DNA of 62,342 bases from Catajapyx aquilonaris. Its lineage: Eukaryota. Both the position numbers and the translations under genes were made by a program. Under the pieces are notes generated by a model that was given only the letters and a program-made list of their open reading frames with translations, made no database searches and was not told the DNA's origin. Shown one piece after another: positions 23,701-35,600 of this stretch (position 1 is the stretch's first letter; each line of letters opens with the position of its first letter). The stretch lies in NCBI GenBank assembly GCA_000934665.2, contig KZ538556.1, positions 1 through 62,342 of the forward strand. Direction: 5' to 3'.

Positions 23701-26700
23701 TCAAATGCTGCTCTATATAACGTGACTGATGACAGATGTCTCTATAAAACTTGGGTTATGTTCCGCACATGACGAGGAACCATAACCTAAACTATATGTG
23801 ATTGGCCTAACTTATGTTCTGGAAACTGGCCCTTCAAACGTTATTCGTACGAGCTACTGTCTTAGCAAGTACGGCTGTCACAAGCTTGCCTGTTTCTAAT
23901 AAATAAGTTAGTTTTTATCAGTAACATGGCCTTTTCATACACCTTCATGTTACCTCTACCTGATGTATCAGTTTTAATCAAATTTTTACGATCAAAAATA
24001 TTCGTTTATAAGTCATTTTTGGTGGCACATCACAAGCAAGTTGTATCCATCCTGAACTATAGTCACAGAAGGGCTTAGAGTGAAATCCATAAAATAATTT
24101 ATTCCCGCATTATTTTTGGTGCCTCGATATGTGAAAGCCCATCCTGGTTACCGGAAAGCCTGGGGAGTCCCATTAGTTTTTCAAATAACATGCTGATTAT
24201 TTCAGTACAAAGGAAAGGTTTCCTCCCTGAATTCGACTTCGCATTATCCCTATTGGACACGTGTCATCTCACAAATACTTCCTTCAGGTTCTAGGTAGGT
24301 TTCTGGAATGAAATCCCGTTCTAAATATGATTCTGCTTCCGGTTAGGCCTAACCATTTATGTAACATTATAGACTCTCTTGGGTAACATATTACCCCAAG
24401 AATGATTTGTTATGCCTTGTAACGATTTGGAATTATGCTATAATGTTGTTAACAAAGTCACTTATTTTCACTAGAAGCTTTGTTTATACGATACTTGTAA
24501 TATAGAATAATATTTACTACAAGATTAGAAGACGCACTTGAGGCAAAACAATCCCTGGGGAATTTTTCCTCAATTCCGTAATTAGACTATGTAAGTTCCG
24601 CTAGATATGGAGGCTCGTGTTTCATTTTAAAAAAATACGCGCGCGAAAACAAGGCAATGAACGGTTCTCAGGCCTCCAGTAATATACTCTTGCGATAAGA
24701 AGCTATCCAAGCTGTAATTGAACACTGACACTTAATTTTTAGAGGCCTGTGAATACCAAAAGAGACGCATATTTGTTCTTTAACTAGGTCAAGATCGGCA
24801 TCGAATAATGTGTTGTCCAAGATTGAAGCACCAGATAATAGATAAGTTGATTCATCTGCCGTATATGCATTCTAAATATCTCACGTTATTGTGTAATATT
24901 TTAAGCCAATGAACAAGTTATTTAGCTACAAAATAGATAGATATCATGCTAAAAAGTTCATACGACACAAGTGAGGCTACCCCTACTTTCCACTTTCGAC
25001 CCTTCCATATAATCTCTGCATGGACCGCACATTACCCTCCCTATTAAGTAGAAAATCACATAATTAATGACATTATATACAATTCGACGATCCCGACTCC
25101 TCGTGGCATATCTGACCAATGCGCGCAAAACGTGACTTTTACAGTCCCAGAACCATGTTCATGAGACACCATCTATCGTCATATATCAGCAAAAAAAATC
25201 CCTCACGGCAACGCTTTCTAACAGGACAAGTTGCTCTTTTTGGCAAAAACGCCCACCATATTTTGGAAGTGATGCGACACCGACTAGGAGCCAAAAAGGG
25301 ACAGACCTCTTTTCTATGTCGTTTTGCATGGATCGTGCACCTGCATGCTTGCCACGGGCCGTTATAAATCCAGAACAAATTACGAACAGTAGTTAATGTG
25401 ACACTTAACAGCCTATAAAGGAGAACTACTATGGGACGGGGGAGAGAGGGTTGGGGGAAACTGCTGGGGATAGGTAAGGTGTGTAGGAAAGGGGGAAGGG
25501 TGTTTACTGTTCTCATTAGCTGCATGCTATTTGCTTCTGCTCTCAGAAAAGCTGAGCTTGACTTTCAGCTTGTTTGTTTCCAACTTTCATTTTCAGGGGA
25601 AAAAATCAGAGTTCAAATATAGCTACTAGTTATTCAATCATAATGGGATTCGCTGCTATACGATGCGCGTGCTCGACAAGCTCAGCGTAGGTCGCACTTT
25701 TAAGGTGGCCATAAAAGCAAGGCGTTTGTCTCATTGGGGGGTAGCTACAACCCAGCCACTTTGGCCACTTCCGAAAAAAAAAATGTGGGCGCACTAAAAT
25801 GTCGCACGACAAGGGCCACGAGTCTGTCTTTTTTGGTTACCTGAATGGAGCTGTCCAATCTGACTAGTTCTGCACCTTAGGCCCACCAAACCAAACCAGA
25901 TGTAGTAAAAGAGATTCACCTCCAAGGATGTGTTATCACCAGAGCAAGGATAAGGTCAGACTGATGTTCCATTATTTTGTCTTGTGGCCACCAGACACCG
26001 TTGTTCCACCCACGCATGCAATTCTATTTACCAGTCGTTAATGTGTTGGGAAGCGTCTGGCATTGCTCATTAATTAGATGGCCTATGATCCCACCCATTG
26101 CAAAACAGTAACATCCAATTTCCTTCTGACTCTGAGTCAGAATCTCTCGAGGAAATCACGACCACCCTTGCATTATACAACCGGTTGTAAAATGCCTAAA
26201 AGCTAAAATTTAGTCAAAAAAAAACTGACTGCTCCAAATTCCCCAAAAATGTGACCCAGCCACACAGGAAAGAAGCTACCGCAGAGCCTCATCCCATAAA
26301 GGCAATCTGGATGAGCCGGATTTTCCGGGAAGGAGTTTATGACCACCCTTCTATAGCCTCCCCCCCCCTTTCCAACCCTAACCCGTGTCAATGAATGCAC
26401 AATCAAGCCCTCCAATCATCACTTTCCGCTCTCACTAACAATCTTATATAGTCCCCTTATAGTCACACATTCAAATAATATCGCGTCAACACCCCACAGG
26501 ACACCCTACCTTGACCTTCCAGGAGCATCAAATTAGACACCCATAACTACAGGTTGTTGGCCCACACGTGGGATTTTATAGCACTTTTTATGTCGCAAGG
26601 TGAGCATGCGTCAAACACACCTGTTGCCACATTACAAAATGATATTATAGCAATATGCTCCGGATTTTTCAAATCAAATTCACACATCCAGCCTACAGGC

Positions 26701-28757
26701 CAGGGGGGCTGTTCACACAAAAAAAGTGACAACTCACTAAAAACTGGTCCCTCGGAGCAGCCTACCCCCCCTAGGCTGTCGGGACCCCCCCTCCAGGCTT
26801 GGGATGGTTTCAAAAAAAAAGTGGATAACTAGTGTCGCACCAGTCTTCTCCGTGAGATGCACGCACTCAGGTCATCCACTCTTCTCACAGGTGAGTGTCG
26901 GCCGCCATTTGCCATGCACACCCTAGACTTAAGCTCTCCCGCTCTCCTTGGATATCTGTGCATGTGTGTGGGAGCGTGCGTTGGGGGGAGATGACGTCAT
27001 GTGTCTGAACCGCCGCTCGTCTGGGGTTGAAACCCCCCTGTGTACAACCCCTCCAATTGCTTCTCCTGTATGGTGTGAGCTTTTTGGATTTAGGATAGGC
27101 TAATTTGGAGTTGGGGAGGTGAATTGTTTTGGGTTGATGAAAAAATCAAGTTGGTAGTAGGGGTCTGATTGACTTTTTTTTGTGTTGGTAACATGGGGTG
27201 AAATATAGGCTTGTTGTGATGTTAGGTGGTCACCTTGGATGTGGACTAGCATGTGCCCTTTGATATGTCACATGACCTTTCCAAGGGACATTGACCCCAT
27301 GCATGCACAATACATTGATATCATGGGAATTTCACTAGAAATTATTCGGCCTACAACAAACAATTTAATACAATTCTGTCGGAAAAGATGTACAATGATC
27401 AGTTAATTATTTGGTTACTAATAATAATTTTCCCACATACGTATGCTGCACGTATACAAGCATGGACGTGTAATTGCAATGAGGCATCATGGACTTATAC
27501 TTGGAATATGTGTGTAAATTTCGAGATAAACTCTACGAAATCACAGTTACATATTCGGTAAATGATCACATTCAACAATTTATGTCGCACTGATTTTTAA
27601 AATTACTACAATTGGGGCCTTAGATAGTATCTCCCACAATGCTTCAAATTACTGCATGTAAATGTAGTGTGACAATGTGAAACGTACACAGTCGATCTCT
27701 GGATGGCCAAGTGAGATCTATTATGTAATAGGTCTGTGTATGGGACCCCCTTAATGAAACAGTGGTAAGTGATGCAAAGATGCGCAGACTCCGAATCACA
27801 GCATCATTATATGGAAACTGTTTTTTTCTCTCAGAGTTTACACAGGCTCAACTTGGCCAAAAATTCTTGGAGTTCAGCCATAATTTTGTCACTTCCTAGA
27901 TTGCAAGGCCCGCCATTTACAGGGTGGTGCATTGCTCAAGTCCCCAGTACAAAAGCAGGATAATGAAAGAGGTTTCAGATTGTTTATCCGATAACCATTT
28001 GAAAAAGAAGCAGCCCTCTGGATGCATAAATCAGGGTCATATATTCACCTGTCGTGATTGTTCTTATATGTATAATGATTGGCTGGAGAAAACGATTTAT
28101 AACATTTCTCTCATTCTTCTTCTTGTATGGTGCACTTGGGCAGTTTGCTACCTTGTATTTTATTCAGAGCGAACGTTATACTTCGGAGGTCAGCTGTGAC
28201 CAATGATAAACACCAGTGTCATTAACTATAAATTTACTGCAGTACAGTATACGTATGTGAAAAATATAGCGCTGTGATCATACACTAGTCTAAATATTTT
28301 TTGGGCGTTTTTCTCAGTAGGAATAGACGCTTCGAGACGTTTTCGTGATGACGTGACTCTGCCAGAAGAGTGGGAAGTGAGCCGAATCGTGCATATGCCA
28401 TCATGAGCACGTCTCGAATGCGCCTGCGTCTCTATAGTAAATCTATTGCAAACACTATAGCCACCCAAGACTTTGGAAAAATCATGTTATGTCACATCCG
28501 ATATTAGGCCCCTTTAATTCGAGAGTAAAGACACAATAATCCTGCGAATAATGCACCTGAGCTTAAATTCTTAAAATTATACTTAATTATTTTCACATTA
28601 TCATGCTGCTTTTAATTATCCAGCTCTATATTGACATAATGATATTAATATACAATGAGCGTCCAGAAAATAAGTTCCGTTTTTTAATTAGGAAAACCAC
28701 AATGCACCCCCAAAAATTTTATTTACATATCTGGAATCGACAACTATTTACTACGAT

Positions 28758-29270
28758 TTTTTCAAAATAGTTTCCAGCCAAACTGGTGCATTTTCATCGA
28801 GTTACACAATATTTTGTATGCCTATGTCATAGAAGTCTGTCGCCCAAGGGGGTAATCACTTCGGTACTCCGATGTACACCTGCGAGTGGTACTCCCTGGT
28901 ACTCCTCAGGTACTGTACCTCACTCTTTATTACAGCTTTATTACTCCTTGGTACTCCTTGAATTTGGTACTCCAGGGTACACTTTTCAGTCGAGTGATCA
29001 CCCCCTTGCTGTCGCCAGCCATTTTCGCGATCCCTGAACCTGGATTTCAACTCCTTGCCATCGTCAACCTTCTGCTTTGCATGCTATTTCTCCCTGTCTA
29101 TGGACATGTGGTAATCGCTAGACTCTAAATCCCAGGTGATCAAAAAATTCTCACTTGAATTGTTGCGGCAGAGTTCCAGTAAGCAAGGCAGCTAGTACTC
29201 AGGGGGGCATTGTCGCGCAAGATAACACCCCGAAACTCAATATACCGATGATACATTTCTTGAAAATTGC
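28758..29270 (-). pseudogene. Decayed mariner (D,D34D-type) transposase C-terminal fragment
   Basis: Fragments in correct order, with stops and frameshifts: GVILRDNAP (~29229-29203; cf. HDNARPH), QQFK*EFFDH, DLESSDYHM (29131-29105; cf. SPDLAPSDYHLF), DFYDIGIQ (28837-28814), GNYFEK (28775-28758). Confidence 0.8.
28845..29008. mobile_element. 164-bp MITE with 8-bp TSD (hAT- or P-superfamily-like), nested in the mariner relic
   Basis: TIR CAAGGGGGT(A/G)ATCACT matches 15/16 (28845-28860 and 28993-29008). Exact direct repeat CTGTCGCC at 28837-28844 and 29009-29016. Interior made of degenerate GGTACTCC units. Confidence 0.85.
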
Positions 29271-29540
29271 CAGCCTTAACTATTTTGAAAAAAATAGACA
29301 GTTCTCGATTTCAGATGTGTAAATAAAATTTTTGGAGGTGCATTATGGTTTTTCTAATTTAAAAAACGGAACTTACGTTCTGGACGCGCCTCGTAATTAT
29401 GGTGCATTTTCTAATACTGGCATCTGTATATAGGCCACACTGAATTCTTATGGTGGCACATCTTCTAAAATGAAGTCATCCCAGTTGCGTTTGCCCATTT
29501 AGGATCCATTAGGTTTTGCCTAGATTTAATTTTTGTTGTA

Positions 29541-29684
29541 CTCAACAGTTCAAAAAGAATTGTCCCGTCGCGTCGAGCGGGCAGCCACGCGTCAGGATGA
29601 AAGGAACGCGTTAACTGGTTCCGTTCATCCTGACGCGTGGCTGCCCGCTCGACGCGACGGAACAATTCTTTTTGAACTGTTTAC
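29541..29684. mobile_element. Fold-back MITE (TA-flanked, probably Tc1/mariner-derived)
   Basis: 64-bp inverted arms (29544-29607 and 29618-29681) with 2 mismatches and a 10-nt spacer. Symmetric TA at 29539-29540 and 29685-29686. Confidence 0.8.
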
Positions 29685-32600
29685 TATACCAGTGGGTATA
29701 TTGCAGAAAATATCCCTTGCGTCAGGCAACCCATTTAACCATGCTGGTTGGAGGATCGCAAAACAGCAGGATGCTGTGGCTTATTTACGTGCAACAAACA
29801 CCAATAATAATTGACATTCGATTATCTTCGTAATGGAGCCTATATACATTGACAAAAATAAACTGGAGAAATTTCGCCTTAGAAATGAGTAAAATACGTA
29901 GATTTTTGATAGCATTTTTGACACAACCCTGAATACCGGTAGTCACAATGTGGAGGGGAGGGTAATATTGATGAATTATTTGATCCAGTCATGCATGCAC
30001 ATTCCCATTAGTGTCCGTCCCGATTTGCGCAAGTGTGGAGCGAGTAATCCATCACGTTTTATCCAGCACCTTTGTTGTAGGTGTCAACAGAGCATTCTGG
30101 TGTAATAAGCTTCGGCCTTGAAATAAATTGAGCCAGAGGAAACTGCGTTTCGCATGTTGATGGAATTTAGTCGTGAAATGTTTCCATAAGTTTGCCTATG
30201 CGCAAAGATTTAACGTGTAAGGCCGGAATTTGTGCATCAGAAATGTTGTTTAAAATAAATATAATTATGTACCGTAATATACAAAGGACATTTATATTTT
30301 TATCAGTAATGTGGCAAATTTTAGGTAAGTTAATCATATTATGTGAGCGTGAATTAGGGAGTTCATAACCTGCTGCTCTGCTGTCCACGATTTCGCAATT
30401 TTATTTCCAATATATTTAATTTAAGCTCATAATGTAACTTACATTTCCCAGATATTTAATGTAAGCATCAGAAAATGAGCATAACAAAGCTTGGAACCAC
30501 TTTAAGGTTATGAATTTGTAACGATGCAGCATTGTGTACTTACTCTCATGTGTCCTACATAGATGACACGATAACTGCATACACTCGCCTCTTTATACAA
30601 AACGTGATGGGATCAACTGATTCAAATAACGTATGTGTCTGTAGGCTACTGGATTGACATGGTCTGTAAACAGGCTTGTAGTTTATACAAAATCACAATG
30701 CAATGCATTTTAAATTATGTAAGTTATTGGACATTGCAAACACAATATAATTTACATAATGGATTTACGACCGCGTATGTAGAATCAATATGCATGCATG
30801 AAATTACCCAATCCTTTTTTTAAAACTTGGCGGCTAACTTTTCATTGCAGCCTAAGTCTTGTAGTCTATTTAGGCCAGCATCATCTTCAGGCTGTAGAGC
30901 AACACGCGTAACTTTTATACCACAGTGCATATAAATTTTGCTCCAATATTAGAAATAGTCCCAACAACATTTCTATAATATATTGTCACTAAGCAATAAC
31001 AATAATTCTAGTGCCAATAATTATGCAATGTTTCCGTCGTCATAAAAAGTTGATTTGAATTCTTGTGCCAAATACCCACTTCTGGAAGCCACTGAAATAT
31101 GAGCTGTAAAAATGGGGATCTCCTTTCGGACATTCAACTCAAAATATTAGTTTTGATCCCGGCGAAAATAAGGTCTTTGAAAACACTCGGATATGAGATG
31201 ACTTCCTTCATTTGCCCCTGGCAATTTATCCACAGTTCACATGGCTCCCATAGGAGGCACAGATTAGCATTTAAATATATTGTGTGTAACGTGAAACTGT
31301 ATTAGTTATGTTGTATTAAGCTAAGTTAACCAAGTTAATGGAGTAAAAGCCCCTGAATATCGCACTCTGCTGTTCTGAAAATAGCACATGGGTTTGTCCA
31401 TTTCTGAATCGAGGTGCGGAAGCACATTTAATAACACCCATCCTACAACCATCTAAAAGAGGCCCACTTTGACATGTTACCCTCCCTAAAAACGGCAACA
31501 GACATAATCAGTCCTACAAAAGCAGGACTTGTATCTGTCTGGTGAATAAGTATGCATGCCCTACACACAGCTGAATCTGGAAAATGAAAGCAACTAAAGT
31601 GCTCCATAAATGAATGGCTGATCACGAAATCCACTTTTCCATAGACATTCGAATTTCAAACACCGCCCCGATAGACAGATTTACACCTCTCTCGCTTATA
31701 ACCTATCATTTTAACACTCAAAGTGTTTAACAATGAGTCTGGAATAAATACCAATTGCCTCTACCTGAGCAGAATTGTGACTCCCACTCGAAAAATCTTC
31801 AAGAACAATCCCATTTGGGCTCTGGCCTTACATGGCGGAGGATTTCGTGTCCATGGAAATATTTTCTCTGCGCAACTGACAACCCATTGCACGAACCGGA
31901 TTACTTTTTTAAATGGATGTTGGGAGAAAGAATGGCTGGCCACCACAATAGGAATTCTGACCAAGCCCACTTCTCCCCATTGCGTATGTCTTCTCACGTA
32001 AACCCTCTTGCCATCAGCAGACTATACTCGCCGAGGTAAATCATTCACGCTCATCATCTATGCACTTCTAATCCTCCCGCACCCCAAGTCCTGTGGTTCA
32101 TTTAGGAGTCATTTTGGAAAATCTTAACCAAGCCGCAGAAGTTAATTCGAGAATTTGCAGGAATATGCTATATCCAAGAATGAGTAAATTTTTTTACTTA
32201 TTCATTTCAATCCATCATGTCACATATACAGTGGTGGATCACTCATCCCATATTTGCTACGTAAATTATATTTTTCGCAATGAGTTTACAAAATGTGCGA
32301 CATAAGCGTAACATAATAATCACAAAGGCTAATATTTTTAATATTTTGCTGAATTAATGCTGCAGAGAGTGAATTATGTCATGGCAGGTCATACAATTCA
32401 TTCGTACAGCCTCTTAACGACTTTACGGAAGGTCTCATATAGTGTGCAGTACACAGTCATTATTTCTTAAAGTAATGCTCGATTAAAATTCTGCATGCAT
32501 ACACTGTAATGTTGTGCTGCTGCTCCTGTTAAGCCTCTGTAAGGAATGACCTTGCGAAAAAGGTGGCAACGTCCTAATGTTTATTTAGCATAAAATTATA

Positions 32601-35600
32601 GTAACTAATGTTGTCGCCCCGTTTTTTCTAACGTACAATCCACTTGTTCTACGTTCTAAGCAACGCCCCTGCAGAAAAAGACTCAGATTCTTATGCCCAC
32701 CTTTAAAAGCATCCTGACAGGCCAAGAAGCTTGGCCAGACATACACAAAAAGAAACGTGCGCGCAAACAACGCAGCACCTGAAGGGAAAAAGAGAGTTGG
32801 AATTCAAATTACGTACTCTAAATAACATTCATTATGTGACAGTTTTACAGACAAAAAATGGTGAAACTTATACAGACGAAGGAATGAGAATGCTTCGGTG
32901 TCCTTATACAGGCTCCATCATGCATTTAAAAAAAAAGCAGGACAGAATCTAATAGGCTTGCCGGTACCAGTTGTGTCGTAATCCCATTATTATAAGTGTA
33001 ACTTATGCAGCAAAGTGGCTTACAAAAATGCCAATGCTTATTTTTGCACATAACTTAAGCAAGAATGGCAACATTGGATGATAGGTTGAGTGATTCAGCT
33101 CGTAAATACACCAAATAATTCCAGTTTGGCAAATGCATTGTTTTTGTGTACTTTCAGTTGACCAAGGGACCAATATATGAACAATATATTCAATAAATTC
33201 CTGCTATATAGGCCCATGTTGTATAGAACCTTCAGGACTTCAGAGGAGGTATTTGTATATAGGAAAATGTGCTGATCACAGCAGCCCTAAGGCTACACAG
33301 GCATATTATATAAATAGGCACATCGTTATCAAGGCATTTTGGCATCATATCGTGCCAATGCGGTAAATAGAGCAAAGGTACAAGGTAAGCAGGTTAATGA
33401 ATTCAATGCAGAAAACGATCGAATGATACGGAACCAATAAATGAGTGCTATTACATAATTATGCCGATAGCACTCTTCCGAAGTTGAAATAAATGTTTTA
33501 TAGAATGTTATAGAATGTTTCACAAAAGGTGACATAATACATACTCTTGCTACCATATAGCTGCCCACAATAGGCATCTATGCGGTGGAATGGGAAAGCT
33601 ACGTATTTCCCATTTTAAAAATAATATAAAATATTTTGTTGCGAAATAATTCCTTTTCCATTATTATGTAGGCCTACTGTAGAGAAGCATAGGCTGTATA
33701 ACGTAACGAAATATGCAACTGCAACACTTTTCAGCGCAACATAATAGGCCTACTTGCATTATGCTAATACACATGTTGTGAATAACCAAACATTCAAAAT
33801 ATGTACACTTCTGTAATATCATTGCTTATAAAAACAATAATAATATTTAGGAAATGTTCAACGCATTGTCTTGTCTACATATACGAAGTGTTTCTGTGTA
33901 AGGTGCAGCATCAGAGCATCTCATTTCAAAGCAAACTACATTCATGTCACAGTTGGTGTACTATAAATGCCATCAATAATCGACAAATGGCACAAATAAA
34001 TTGCACAAGTTCACCATTGTTCCGTATTATAAGGCCACAAGAAATGGAACTTTGCAGGGCTTGAGGGCGCAATTGGAAATGGCATTTTTGGGGGGATACC
34101 GGTATGGTGGAAAAATAAATCAACACTCTACTGGATTTGGAATTCTGCCATATTTAAAAACAACTTCTAGTTATACTGCACATCTACAAATTTAGCAAAA
34201 CTTAATCCTGTCAGTCACTTCCTGTACTAGTCCACTTCAACGTGTGAAATAGTGTAAACAGTATGCAATGCCCATATACGTACTGGATAAAGAATGCTTC
34301 CTGGAGTGCTGATCAAATGCAAACAAAATCATAGCATGTGTACCATGTACGACTGATTATCTAGCAATTTCAATTAGTCGCGAATTTCTCTATATGAGGA
34401 CTAAATTAGCTAAAATCAATATCAAATTAGCATGTGTAAATATAGGCATATGTATAGGCCTACTGCAAATCATCCTCCCATGAAGGATTGTGCATTGTCT
34501 GCACTGTTAATTCTCTGACATACGTCCTTCAAATATTCATAATCAACTAAACCTATTTGTGCACAGTTTATTCGATCAGCGCCTAATCACCCCCAAAGGG
34601 CCGGTTTATTATCAGGCTTGCATGTGTGTATCTAACTTACGGTATCCGGGCGCAACTATCCGGGCACCACGTCATACCGTAGCAGTGAGACCGAAGCGCC
34701 GTCATGTGTACGTGCTTGGAACGTGCGCCTTACTACAAGTACTTGGATACCCGAACAACAGGCGCTTTCTGCTGGGCCGTACTTTCCTCATCCCCCCCAC
34801 CCTCCCACCCCCTGTTTGTTTCCCCTTTTTTTCCACATGTGTTGGGGGTGTGTGGGGACAGGGGGCGCAGGGAGGGTCTGTACCCGCCCATGTTGAGCGC
34901 GCAACTGCGCGTATGCGTGTGCGCAGTATGAAAAAGTGTGATGTCCAATGGGACTGGTAGGGTGGGACCGGGACAATCATGGCGGACGGGTACGGAGCAG
35001 GCGCGTTGGTGCTCGGGCCACGCCTCAATAACACTTGGTTAGTGCTCGGCGCCTGCTCCACGTTCAATTATGGTGCTCACTTCTCAATATTCACATCTCG
35101 GAGTAACAATGACGGAGCCACGGCTCCGTGTAGCCAATAGAGTGGAGTGAAGGTATTTTTTCCAGTTGGCTACGTTTCATTGGCAATTATGCGGGGAGTT
35201 ATGGGGTGGGGAAAAATTTGGGATGGTTGAAAAATACCTAGGGTTTGGTGACTAATAATGTGAAAGCAGATGGTGCAAAGGTATTATTTTGGGTTAATAG
35301 CCAGTCCGTTAGGTGGCGACATCTTACTGTTCAAATACTGTTACATCTGACACATGATTTTATGAATCCATATGGGGGTCGATGGTTTTGGCGTTGTCAG
35401 ATAATTACAGCCTCTTTGAGGTAAAAATGCACCACATGCAGATGACCAAGGGTAAAATATTGTAGAAATATTCATAAGCTGGTAAATCAGCATATCACTT
35501 TTATTAGTATATGACTTCCAAGTTATAAATAATTGTCTCGATTAGTTACAATATTATTAAATTAACACTATGAGCAGTATGGATTTTAGGCTTAATTGAT

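Larger units (their letters stand above)
28653..29393 (-). mobile_element. Rearranged, internally deleted mariner element with ~120-bp inverted ends
   Basis: Imperfect inverted arms 28653-28772 and 29278-29393, flanked by TA (28651-28652, 29394-29395). Right terminus reads TA|CGAGGCGCGTCCAGAA on minus, a mariner-type TIR. Contains a decayed transposase C-terminus. Confidence 0.85.

Noticed and set aside
28860..28982. GGTACTCC repeats as a CRISPR-like array
   Set aside because: Units are too short and irregular, the context is eukaryotic, and they are explained as the MITE interior.
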